Shown piece by piece: positions 39,440 to 47,622 of a DNA stretch of 64,000 bases. Source of the stretch: Planctomycetota bacterium (lineage in GTDB: Bacteria > Planctomycetota > UBA1135 > UBA2386); the NCBI GenBank assembly GCA_965223545.1, contig OZ245006.1:4640001-4704000 (forward strand). The letters run 5' to 3'. A program made the position numbers and the translations under genes. A model generated the notes under the pieces. It did not search any database, was not told the DNA's origin, and saw only the letters and a program-made list of their open reading frames with translations. Every line of letters starts with the position of its first letter. Position 1 is the first letter of the stretch.

Positions 39440-41016
39440 CATCGTTTCTCAGGCCGGGCCCGGTCCGGATAGTCGCCGCGCTGGCCGCCGGCTGTCTGCT
39501 GCCCGCCCAGGAAGCCGAGCAGATCACCCCGGCTGACAAGGCTCTAACGTCGGTCGCGACCGACGTGCGTGGCAAGATGCAAGAGGCGGTCGCCGAGCTG
39601 GAGCAACTCCGCGCGCTGATCGCGGAGCAGCGCCTGCCGTTGGACCGCGGCCTGCGGGAGCGGGAGGACGAGTTGTTGCGCTTGCGCACGCAATATCAAG
39701 AGCGCGTGCGCACTCTCGACAGCACGGCTTTGTCGCTCAACACGCTGCGCGACGAGAACAACCGCGGCAAGGCGGAGGCGGAGTACGTCGAGGGCCTTCT
39801 CTTGGCCTACACACGGTCGTTCGAAGCCGGCTTGCACATCGCCGAGTACGCTCGGTACGCGGATGCGTTGAGGATCGTCCGAGACCTGGATCAGGCGGCG
39901 CCCGGCGACGACGAGGCCCCGTGGTCCTCGTTGTTCGAGGTCCTCGACACCGGCGTGCGCCGCCTTGAAGGATCCATCGGCGGGGCTCGGTTCTCCGGTC
40001 GTGCACTCGACGGAGATGGCATTGCCCAGCAAGGCGAGTTCGTCCTGGTCGGTCCTGTCGCGACGTTCGTCGCCGCCAACCGTCGTGCCGCCGGCTCGGT
40101 CGAGCAGCGGCTCGGTTCGTCCGAGCCGACCGCGGTACCGTTTCCGGACGACGAGGACGGCGCGGCGGCCCGCGCGTGGGTGGAGAGCGGCACCGGCCCG
40201 ATGCCGGTCGACGCCACGCTCGGCAACGCCCAGATCGTGGCGGCGACCCGAGAAACCCTATGGCAGCACGTGCAGAAGGGTGGACCGGTAATGGTACCGA
40301 TTATCGTGATGGCGGGCTGTGCGTTGCTCGTCGCCATCTACAAGTGGCTGGCCTTGTCTCTCCTTCGGCGGCCTGCCAAAGCGAGAATGGAGGCGCTGCT
40401 CCGGGCCGTCGACAAGGGCAATCGAGAGGCGGCTGCCGCCGAGGTCGCCAAGATTCGAGGACCGATCGGTGCGATGCTCGCCGACGGAGTCGCCCATCTG
40501 AGCGAACCTCGCCAGCTGGTCGAGGAGGTCATGTACGAGTCGCTGCTCCGCGCTCGACTCCAGCTGCAGCGGCTGCTGCCGTTCATCGCGATCTGCGCGG
40601 CGGCGGCACCCCTGCTGGGCTTGCTCGGCACCGTGACCGGCATCATCAACACCTTCAAGCAGATCACGGTGTTCGGTTCGGGCGACGTCAGGATGCTGTC
40701 GGGCGGAATTTCGGAGGCGCTGATCACTACCAAGTTCGGTCTGATAGTCGCGATCCCCTCGCTCCTCCTGCACGCGTACCTTTCCCGCAAGGCGCGCCGC
40801 GTGACCGACGAGATGGAATCGGCGGGAATGGCGCTGCTGAACCGGTTGCCGTCCACCACCGACCGGCCGCCTGCTGGCGCGGTGGATGTGCCGGCGACGG
40901 CGTTGCCGGCGTCGTCGGAGATCAAGCGCCAGGTCGGCGAGATTCTGGTCGAGATGCTCGGCCCCCTGCATCCGCGCGGGAACGCCGACAAGCGCCAACC
41001 GTCACGGGTCGGTTGA
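39436..41016 (+). CDS. large MotA/TolQ/ExbB protein (TtpC-like)
   Basis: Long periplasmic N-terminus; GGPVM, APLLGLLGTVTG and GGISEALITT. Confidence 0.9.
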   Translation: MTSFLRPGPVRIVAALAAGCLLPAQEAEQITPADKALTSVATDVRGKMQEAVAELEQLRALIAEQRLPLDRGLREREDELLRLRTQYQERVRTLDSTALSLNTLRDENNRGKAEAEYVEGLLLAYTRSFEAGLHIAEYARYADALRIVRDLDQAAPGDDEAPWSSLFEVLDTGVRRLEGSIGGARFSGRALDGDGIAQQGEFVLVGPVATFVAANRRAAGSVEQRLGSSEPTAVPFPDDEDGAAARAWVESGTGPMPVDATLGNAQIVAATRETLWQHVQKGGPVMVPIIVMAGCALLVAIYKWLALSLLRRPAKARMEALLRAVDKGNREAAAAEVAKIRGPIGAMLADGVAHLSEPRQLVEEVMYESLLRARLQLQRLLPFIAICAAAAPLLGLLGTVTGIINTFKQITVFGSGDVRMLSGGISEALITTKFGLIVAIPSLLLHAYLSRKARRVTDEMESAGMALLNRLPSTTDRPPAGAVDVPATALPASSEIKRQVGEILVEMLGPLHPRGNADKRQPSRVG

Positions 41017-41023
41017 ACCGTCG

Positions 41024-41776
41024 ATGATCGCCACTCTTGTCGAAGTCAACGCGACCGTCCGGGGCCAGCCGGCAGCGCTGCCATCGGCGGACGATCCGCT
41101 TTCTTGGTCGGGGTTCGTGCAGCAGGCGTGGCTCACGTGGCAGGACGGCGGCTGGGCGATGGTCGCCATTGCCGCCATCGCGCTGATCCTGTTCAGCGTC
41201 GGGTTCCGCTTGCTACTCGAGCTGCGACGACAGGGCACCCTGGTCCTCGAGGAGGACACCTGGCGGACATGGATCGACGATCCGGAGACCCGGCACGGCC
41301 GGCTCGGGGCGCTGTTGGATGCGGCGCTCCGCGACTGCAACCTCGAGCGAGTCGGCACCGTGTTCTCCGAGTATCAGAGCTTGGAGGCGGGCAGTACGCG
41401 CCGCGACTTGCGCATCATGCGGGTCTGCGTCGCCGCAGCACCGCTCGTCGGGCTGCTCGGCACCGTCACCGGCATGCTCTCCACGTTCTCGGCGCTATCC
41501 GCTGGCGGTGCCAGCGAGCAGACCATGACGATGATCGCGGGCGGAATCTCCGAAGCCCTGATCACCACCGAGACCGGCCTGGTTGTGGCTCTGCCCGGGT
41601 TGTTCTTCCTGCACCACTTGCAGCGCAGCGATGCCCGTTGGCGCGCCGCGCTTGCCCATCTCGAGAGTGCCTGTGCACAAGCGGTCCATTGCCAGCTGCT
41701 CCGCCGTGGCCGTGAGCGAAGCCGCGAACGAGCGATGGCGTTGATCGCCGACCGCCTGTTGCAAGCGGTCTCTTGA
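41024..41776 (+). CDS. exbB: MotA/TolQ/ExbB proton channel protein
   Basis: APLVGLLGTVTGM and GGISEALITTETG. Confidence 0.9.
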   Translation: MIATLVEVNATVRGQPAALPSADDPLSWSGFVQQAWLTWQDGGWAMVAIAAIALILFSVGFRLLLELRRQGTLVLEEDTWRTWIDDPETRHGRLGALLDAALRDCNLERVGTVFSEYQSLEAGSTRRDLRIMRVCVAAAPLVGLLGTVTGMLSTFSALSAGGASEQTMTMIAGGISEALITTETGLVVALPGLFFLHHLQRSDARWRAALAHLESACAQAVHCQLLRRGRERSRERAMALIADRLLQAVS

Positions 41777-41830
41777 GCGTCACCAGCCGTACCTACTTCT
41801 GAGTTTCCTGACCCCAGATTGAGCTATCCA

Positions 41831-42244
41831 ATGCGCCGTTTCCGCAACAGCTCAGTCGATGACGAAGCCGAGGCCGGCATCGACATGTCGCCGCTCATCG
41901 ACTGTGTCTTCATCTTGCTGATCTTCTTCATCGTGACGACCGTGTTCGTCGAGGAGACGGGCGTCGAGGTCGACCGCCCTCAAGCTGCCTCCGCGGCGCA
42001 GCTCGAGAGCAATAGCATCCTGATTGCGCTCACCGAGACCGGTGAGATCGTGTATGGGGAGCGCGAGATCGGTGTCGGCGGAATCCAGCCGCTGGTCAAG
42101 CGACTGCTGGCAAAGGAAGACCTGCCGGTCATCATCCAGGCCGACGGTGACTCCATGTCCGGCTTGCTGGTGAGGATTGTCGATGAGGCCAAGCTGGCCG
42201 GGGCGAAGAAGGTCAGTGTCGCGACCCGAGCCGGACAGGGATGA
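41831..42244 (+). CDS. exbD: biopolymer transport protein ExbD
   Basis: IDMSPLIDCVFILLIFFIVTTVF and IIQAD. Confidence 0.93.
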   Translation: MRRFRNSSVDDEAEAGIDMSPLIDCVFILLIFFIVTTVFVEETGVEVDRPQAASAAQLESNSILIALTETGEIVYGEREIGVGGIQPLVKRLLAKEDLPVIIQADGDSMSGLLVRIVDEAKLAGAKKVSVATRAGQG

Positions 42245-42909
42245 GCCGCGCTTCGACGAGGCGCCGCCCTTGGCGGCAGCGGCTGGTCGTCGCCGCAGCC
42301 GCGATCACCAGCACCGTCGGTGTCTTTGCCGTGCTGCCTCTGCTGCAAACGATGCGCGCCGCACCCAAGCCGGACTACGTGCTGCGAGACCTCGACATCA
42401 CCAGCCTGCCGCCGCCACCGCCACCGCCGCCACCTCCGGATCCCGAACCGGAGCCGGAGCCGGAGCCGCCACCGGACTTGATCGAGCCGGTCACGGCCGA
42501 TGCTCTGGGGCCGCTGCAGCTCGATCTCGGTGGAGCTGGCGGCAGCGGATGGTTGGGCAGCGGCTTGCTCGCCGGCATGGCCCGCCTGGGTCAGTCCGGT
42601 GGTGCCGCGGAAGCCGGGCTGGGGCTCGACGGTCTCGAGCAAGCGCCCAGGCCGATTGCGCCGCAGGCCTCTCCTGCGCTGACCGGGGCGCTGCGGCGCA
42701 AGCTGCCCGCCGAGGTCTTGGTGCGCATCACGGTGGGGCCCGATGGCAGCGTCGAGGGAGTCAAGGTGCTCGGCTCCAGCGACCCCGACTTCGAGGCGTC
42801 CGTCACTGCCGCCGTCGAGCGGTGGAAGTACGAGCCGGGAATCCGAAACGGCAAACCCGACCGCTTTCGCTTGCGACAAAACGTACACCTGAGAAGGCCC
42901 AGACAATGA
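42241..42909 (+). CDS. tonB: energy transducer TonB
   Basis: N-terminal TM, poly-Pro/(EP)n linker, C-terminal TonB domain (WKYEPG..NGKP). Confidence 0.88.
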   Translation: MSRASTRRRPWRQRLVVAAAAITSTVGVFAVLPLLQTMRAAPKPDYVLRDLDITSLPPPPPPPPPPDPEPEPEPEPPPDLIEPVTADALGPLQLDLGGAGGSGWLGSGLLAGMARLGQSGGAAEAGLGLDGLEQAPRPIAPQASPALTGALRRKLPAEVLVRITVGPDGSVEGVKVLGSSDPDFEASVTAAVERWKYEPGIRNGKPDRFRLRQNVHLRRPRQ

Positions 42910-44333
42910 AGGACGTTTTCAGCATGGTTCTCGTTGGTCCGGCGCTGCTGATCGCCTGTGCCACGCCACAACCGCCCCTGGCGATTCCGCCGGTCGGGGA
43001 TCAAGTGCCGACTGCCGAGGAGAACGCCGGTCCCGGCGACGGCAGGCCAAGCGTCGAGATGATCGCGCGTACTCAGCGCCAGCTTCTCGCCAGCCTGGCT
43101 CCGATCAGCGCGTTCGAGCCGGACGCGAGCGAAGCCGATCGCGCGTCGCTGGCCGATGCGCTCTCGTTGCTTGCCACCGATGGGCCTGTCGCCGCGGCCG
43201 CCGCGATCGAGGCGTCGCGCGAGGAAACCGTCAGTCCGACCCTCGAGTTCAATCTCGGCACCATGCGATTCCAGCAGGGCGATCTCGACGCGGCAGCGGT
43301 TGCGTTCGAGCGCGCGATCGCGGAGTTTCCCCGCTTTCGTAGGGCGTGGCAAAACCTCGGCCAAGTGCACTACCGGGCGCATCGCTACGCGCCAGCCGCG
43401 CACGCGTTCGCGCGGGTGCTCGAGCTCGGCGGCAAGGACGCGCTCACCTACGGGTTGTTGGGCGCCTGTCACAGCAAGCGCGGCCACCACGTGGCGGCGG
43501 AAACCGCGTTCCGTGCCGCGATGATGATGCAGCCCGCCGCGCGTGACTGGAAGTTCGGGCTCGCCCACAGCCTGGTCGCGCAGCGGCGCTACGCGGAGGC
43601 CGCGGCTCTGTTCGGCGACATGATTGTCGAGCAGCCGGACAACGCGGACTACTGGCTCGCGCAGGGTGAGGCCTACGCGCAGCTGGGGCAACCGATGCGC
43701 GCCGCGGCAAACTTCGAGGTCGTCGACCGTCTCGGATCCGCTACGTCGGACTGCTTGCACAACCTCGGCGACATCTACGCCAACGAGCAACTGTACGACC
43801 TGGCGGTCGATGCGCACACGCGCGGTCTGGAGAGGGACAGCGTCGGCGACGTCGAACGGGCGTTGCGCGCGGCGGTCCACTTGGTGAGTAACGATGCGGT
43901 GGACGAAAGCCGTCGATTGGTGGATGCGGTCGAACACCGCCGTGGCGAGCTGTGGACCGAGGACGAGCGCGCTGAAGTGCTCCGCGTTCGGGCCCGCATC
44001 GCGGTCGCGGAGGGCGCGGCAGAAGAGCAGGTCGAGATCCTCGAGGAGATCGTCGCTCTCGATCCACTCGACGGCGACGCACTCATCATGCTCGGCCGGC
44101 ACTATGGCCGCAACGGCGACGTAGAACGCGCTGTGCTCACTCTCGAGCGGGCCGCGGCGCTGGCGGACTTCGAGGCGCGCGCCGTGCTTCGGCACGCGCA
44201 GGTTCTGGTCGAAGCGCAGCGCTACGCCGACGCCTTGCCGTTGCTGCGACGGGCGCAGAACCTCGACCCGCGGGAGGCGATTCAACGCTATCTAGAGCAG
44301 GTTGAGCGGGCGGCCGGAAGTGGTCGGGGATGA
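42906..44333 (+). CDS. TPR-repeat lipoprotein (TtpD-like)
   Basis: LLIAC lipobox, multiple TPRs, ATGA overlap with tonB. Confidence 0.85.
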   Translation: MKDVFSMVLVGPALLIACATPQPPLAIPPVGDQVPTAEENAGPGDGRPSVEMIARTQRQLLASLAPISAFEPDASEADRASLADALSLLATDGPVAAAAAIEASREETVSPTLEFNLGTMRFQQGDLDAAAVAFERAIAEFPRFRRAWQNLGQVHYRAHRYAPAAHAFARVLELGGKDALTYGLLGACHSKRGHHVAAETAFRAAMMMQPAARDWKFGLAHSLVAQRRYAEAAALFGDMIVEQPDNADYWLAQGEAYAQLGQPMRAAANFEVVDRLGSATSDCLHNLGDIYANEQLYDLAVDAHTRGLERDSVGDVERALRAAVHLVSNDAVDESRRLVDAVEHRRGELWTEDERAEVLRVRARIAVAEGAAEEQVEILEEIVALDPLDGDALIMLGRHYGRNGDVERAVLTLERAAALADFEARAVLRHAQVLVEAQRYADALPLLRRAQNLDPREAIQRYLEQVERAAGSGRG

Positions 44334-44440
44334 AGAGCGGGCGTCCGGGTGGCGCGCGACCAGGCTGAAGCGGTGGGTTGCCGAATTGGGCGCTGTATGG
44401 TGAGTTCGGAACTGCGTTCGAGTTGCTCCAAGGACTGCGT

Positions 44441-46846
44441 ATGCCCCACCGACTCCTGCCGGCGCTGTCCGTCGCCGCTCTCTGTTCCTGCGTCGGCGTC
44501 GAGAACAAGGCGCCCTCGGCGGATGCCGTCGAGCTACCTACGGTCAGTGGTGTCGAGCTCCAGCCGCTGATGGCTCAGCTGGCGCGGTTGCGTCAGGGGC
44601 TCGCGGCGCTCGGCAGCCCGCTACCGCCCGCGGCGGAGGCGCAGCTCGACGCGTTGGCGGCGGCACCGCCGACCGCAGACGTTCTGACCGAAGTGCAGAC
44701 CGTGCTCGACCGCTCGTGTCTGGCGATGGTGCACATCAATCCGGAGGCCAGGGTCTCGGTCCGGCGGGGTCCGGCCGCGGCCGAGCTGATGCAGGAGGGC
44801 TGGAGGAGCTTCCTGATCAAGGTGCACAACGAGGCGGCGGTGACGATGCCGCTCAGGGTCGACAGCCCCAACGCCCTGCCCCGCTATCGGCCCGCGACCA
44901 ACGCTTCCCGCCCACCCGCCGCGCCGGACCTGCATGACGCCGAGCTGATGCAGCGCTTCTTGGCGCTGCACGTCGTGCGCGAACGCCCGTTCGCCAGGAG
45001 ATTGTCCGGGCTCGCCCTCGAATACGTCGTCGTGCAGTTGCACACGCGCGCCGTGGGGCCGCGCGAGGTCCGCCTGGCCTTCGACGTCGGCTCGGGCACC
45101 TCCGACCTCGCGTTCCGCAGTTCCCTGGACGTGCTGTTCGAGTGCGTGCCGGCGGTGAAGACCGTGCTCGGAGTGCGGGACTCCGATGGCCGCCCGACCA
45201 TGGCGTCGTTCTTGATCACCGAGGCGGGGCGGTCGGCGGCGCGCGGCAAGCACATCTATCCGCTGCCGTCGCGCCGCCTCGCCCGCGACGACGAGTATCC
45301 CGACTTCTTCTTCCAACCGCACGTCTACCGGCAGGATGGCGAGCACGTCTACTTGCCGCCGGGCAGCTACGACATCACCGTGCGCCGCGGGCCCGAGAGC
45401 TTGCCGCGGACGCGGCGCGCGGTCATTCCCGAGGGAGTCCAGACGCACCGGCTCGATTTCGAAGTCGAGCGATGGGTGCACATGGCAGCGCTCGGTTGGT
45501 ACAGCGTCGATCACCACGTCCACGCCGCCGGATGCAGCCACTACGACGCGCCGGCGCAGGGGGTGGAGCCGGGTGACATCTGGCGCCAAGGCGTCGGTGA
45601 GGACCTCAACGTCTCGTCGATCTTGACGTGGGGCCCGTGCTGGTATCACCAGAAGGAGTTCTTCGACGGGCGGGTGCACCGGCTGTCGACGGCGGACAAC
45701 GTGATGCGATTCGACGTCGAGGTGTCCGGCTTCCCGTCGTCGCACGCGGGCCACGTGTGTCTCCTGCGCCTGCGCGAGGACGACTACCCGGGCGCGGGCG
45801 AGATCGAGGATTGGCCGAGCTGGACGCTGCCGGTACTGCGGTGGGCCAGGCAGCAGGGTGGCGTCGTCGGCTACGCGCATTCGGCCCTGGGGCTGGTGCC
45901 GGAGGAGAAGACGACCGTGCTGCCGAACTACGAGATCCCGCCCTTCGACGGCATCGGGGCCAACGAGTACATCGTCACGGTCGCGCACGACGCGGTCGAC
46001 TTCATCTCGGCCGGCGATACGCCGCCGGTGGCGGAGCTCAACATCTGGTACCACACTTTGAACTGCGGCTTCCGCGCGCGCATTGCTGGCGAGACCGATT
46101 TTCCGTGCCTGTCCGACGCCCGCGTCGGGCAGGCGCGCAGCTACGTGCGGCTCGACGGCGCACTCGATTTCGATGCGTGCGTCGACGCCATTCGCCGCGG
46201 CCGCAGCTACGTCTCCGACGGCGCGGCACACATCATCGACTTTCGCGCCGACGGCGCCGAGCTGGGAGTCGACGGCAGTGAGCTGCGTCTCGATCGCGCC
46301 AAGACGGTGCGCATCGAGGCGCGCGTCGCCGCGCACATGGGAGCCGCGCCCGAGCAGATGTCGCCGCCGAGTTGGTCGGCGGCGATGGACCCGGGGCAGG
46401 GCAAGGCGATGGATCGCGACGACTGGTTCACTCTGTTCGAGCAGCGCCCCTTCTGGAGCCTGGAGAAAGCCCGCATCTCCGAGACGGACAAGGTACCGGT
46501 CGAGCTCGTGGTCAACGGCGAGGCGGTGGCGCGGCGCGAGGTCGTCGCCGACGGTGCGTGGAACACGCTCGAGTTCGACATCGACATCGCGCGCTCGAGC
46601 TGGCTCGCGCTGCGCGTGTTCCCCAGCTGCCACACCAATCCGATCTTCGTCGTCGTCGGCGATCAGCCGATCCGCGCGTCCGAGGCCAGTGCCGCCTGGT
46701 GCCGGGACGGGGTCGAGCGTTGCTGGGCTGCAAAGAAGGACGCCATCCGCGCCGCCGAGCGCGACGACGCCAAGCGCGCCTACGACCACGCGCGCGCGGT
46801 CTACGAGCGAATCCGGCTCGAAGCGCGCGCCGCCGCGAACCCATGA
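44441..46846 (+). CDS. CehA/McbA-family (PHP-like) metallohydrolase, putative lipoprotein
   Basis: LCSC lipobox; DHHVHAAGC, GYAHS, WYH.LNCG and GETDFPC. Confidence 0.82.
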   Translation: MPHRLLPALSVAALCSCVGVENKAPSADAVELPTVSGVELQPLMAQLARLRQGLAALGSPLPPAAEAQLDALAAAPPTADVLTEVQTVLDRSCLAMVHINPEARVSVRRGPAAAELMQEGWRSFLIKVHNEAAVTMPLRVDSPNALPRYRPATNASRPPAAPDLHDAELMQRFLALHVVRERPFARRLSGLALEYVVVQLHTRAVGPREVRLAFDVGSGTSDLAFRSSLDVLFECVPAVKTVLGVRDSDGRPTMASFLITEAGRSAARGKHIYPLPSRRLARDDEYPDFFFQPHVYRQDGEHVYLPPGSYDITVRRGPESLPRTRRAVIPEGVQTHRLDFEVERWVHMAALGWYSVDHHVHAAGCSHYDAPAQGVEPGDIWRQGVGEDLNVSSILTWGPCWYHQKEFFDGRVHRLSTADNVMRFDVEVSGFPSSHAGHVCLLRLREDDYPGAGEIEDWPSWTLPVLRWARQQGGVVGYAHSALGLVPEEKTTVLPNYEIPPFDGIGANEYIVTVAHDAVDFISAGDTPPVAELNIWYHTLNCGFRARIAGETDFPCLSDARVGQARSYVRLDGALDFDACVDAIRRGRSYVSDGAAHIIDFRADGAELGVDGSELRLDRAKTVRIEARVAAHMGAAPEQMSPPSWSAAMDPGQGKAMDRDDWFTLFEQRPFWSLEKARISETDKVPVELVVNGEAVARREVVADGAWNTLEFDIDIARSSWLALRVFPSCHTNPIFVVVGDQPIRASEASAAWCRDGVERCWAAKKDAIRAAERDDAKRAYDHARAVYERIRLEARAAANP

Positions 46847-46850
46847 CGAA

Positions 46851-46878
46851 GTACCGAGCCTGACTCGATTTTCTCGCT
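46851..46878 (+). repeat. 28-bp intergenic palindromic repeat, copy 4 (core inverted)
   Basis: GTACCGAGCCTGACTCGATTTTCTCGCT. Confidence 0.85.
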
Positions 46879-46901
46879 ATCCGCTGTGGCCGTGCGATCG
46901 A

Positions 46902-47510
46902 TCAATCCGCGCCGGGCCGCAGCAGCCCGGCCAGTTTGACCAGCCCGCGCGCGACCAACCCGCGCACCGCGATCTCGGTCCGGCCGGTTTCCTCCGCGAT
47001 CTGCGCGTAGGTCAGCCCGGCGATGCGCGACAGCGCGATGACCTGCTGCTGGTGCTCGGGGAGCTGCCCGAAGGCGGCCTCGATGCGCTCGCATTCTTCG
47101 CGCTGCATCATCACCCGGCTGGGAGTGCCCAGCGTGGCGTAGGCGGCGGCGAGTTCGGGAGCCACGGCCCGCTCGCCGTCGACGGCGTCGGCGGCCACCT
47201 CTCGGTCGGCGTCGCGCTTGTCACGATGATGGAACCGGTGGCGGTCGACCACCTTGTTGGCGGCCGCGGTGAACAGCCAGTTCTTGAACGCCGCCTCGCC
47301 GCGGTAGCGGTAATCACCGGCATCCGCGAGCACTTCTCGGCAGACAGACTGGACGACGTCGGTCGTCGATTCCCGCGCACCGAAGGCATTTCCAGCCCGC
47401 AGCCGCACGAACGCGTGCAGCGCGGGCAGATGGCGCACCAGCAACTCGTCGATCGCGCCCTTGTCGCCGCGGGTGGCGCGGCTGACCAGCTCGGGAGATG
47501 CCTCGTCCAT
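46902..47510 (-). CDS. ECF sigma-70 factor (planctomycete STK-associated type)
   Basis: DVVQSV, FKNWL, TPSR and a region 4 HTH (GLTYAQIAEETG). Confidence 0.9.
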   Translation of the reverse strand: MDEASPELVSRATRGDKGAIDELLVRHLPALHAFVRLRAGNAFGARESTTDVVQSVCREVLADAGDYRYRGEAAFKNWLFTAAANKVVDRHRFHHRDKRDADREVAADAVDGERAVAPELAAAYATLGTPSRVMMQREECERIEAAFGQLPEHQQQVIALSRIAGLTYAQIAEETGRTEIAVRGLVARGLVKLAGLLRPGAD

Positions 47511-47622
47511 GGCGTAGTCAAGATAGGGCTGGGTCGCCTCGACGGAAAGGCGCCAGCGCGTTGCGGGTTTCGCGCTCGGATCCCGCCGCCTATCGTGCGG
47601 TGCCCTTCCGAGTGCTGCACCC

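Noticed and set aside
42408..42473. Low-complexity CCG/GAGCCG tandem repeat
   Set aside because: It encodes the normal Pro-rich TonB linker.
1718..46878. 28-bp palindromic repeat as a CRISPR repeat or integron attC
   Set aside because: Copies are kilobases apart with no spacer array, no cas or integrase gene, and no RYYYAAC/GTTRRRY ends.
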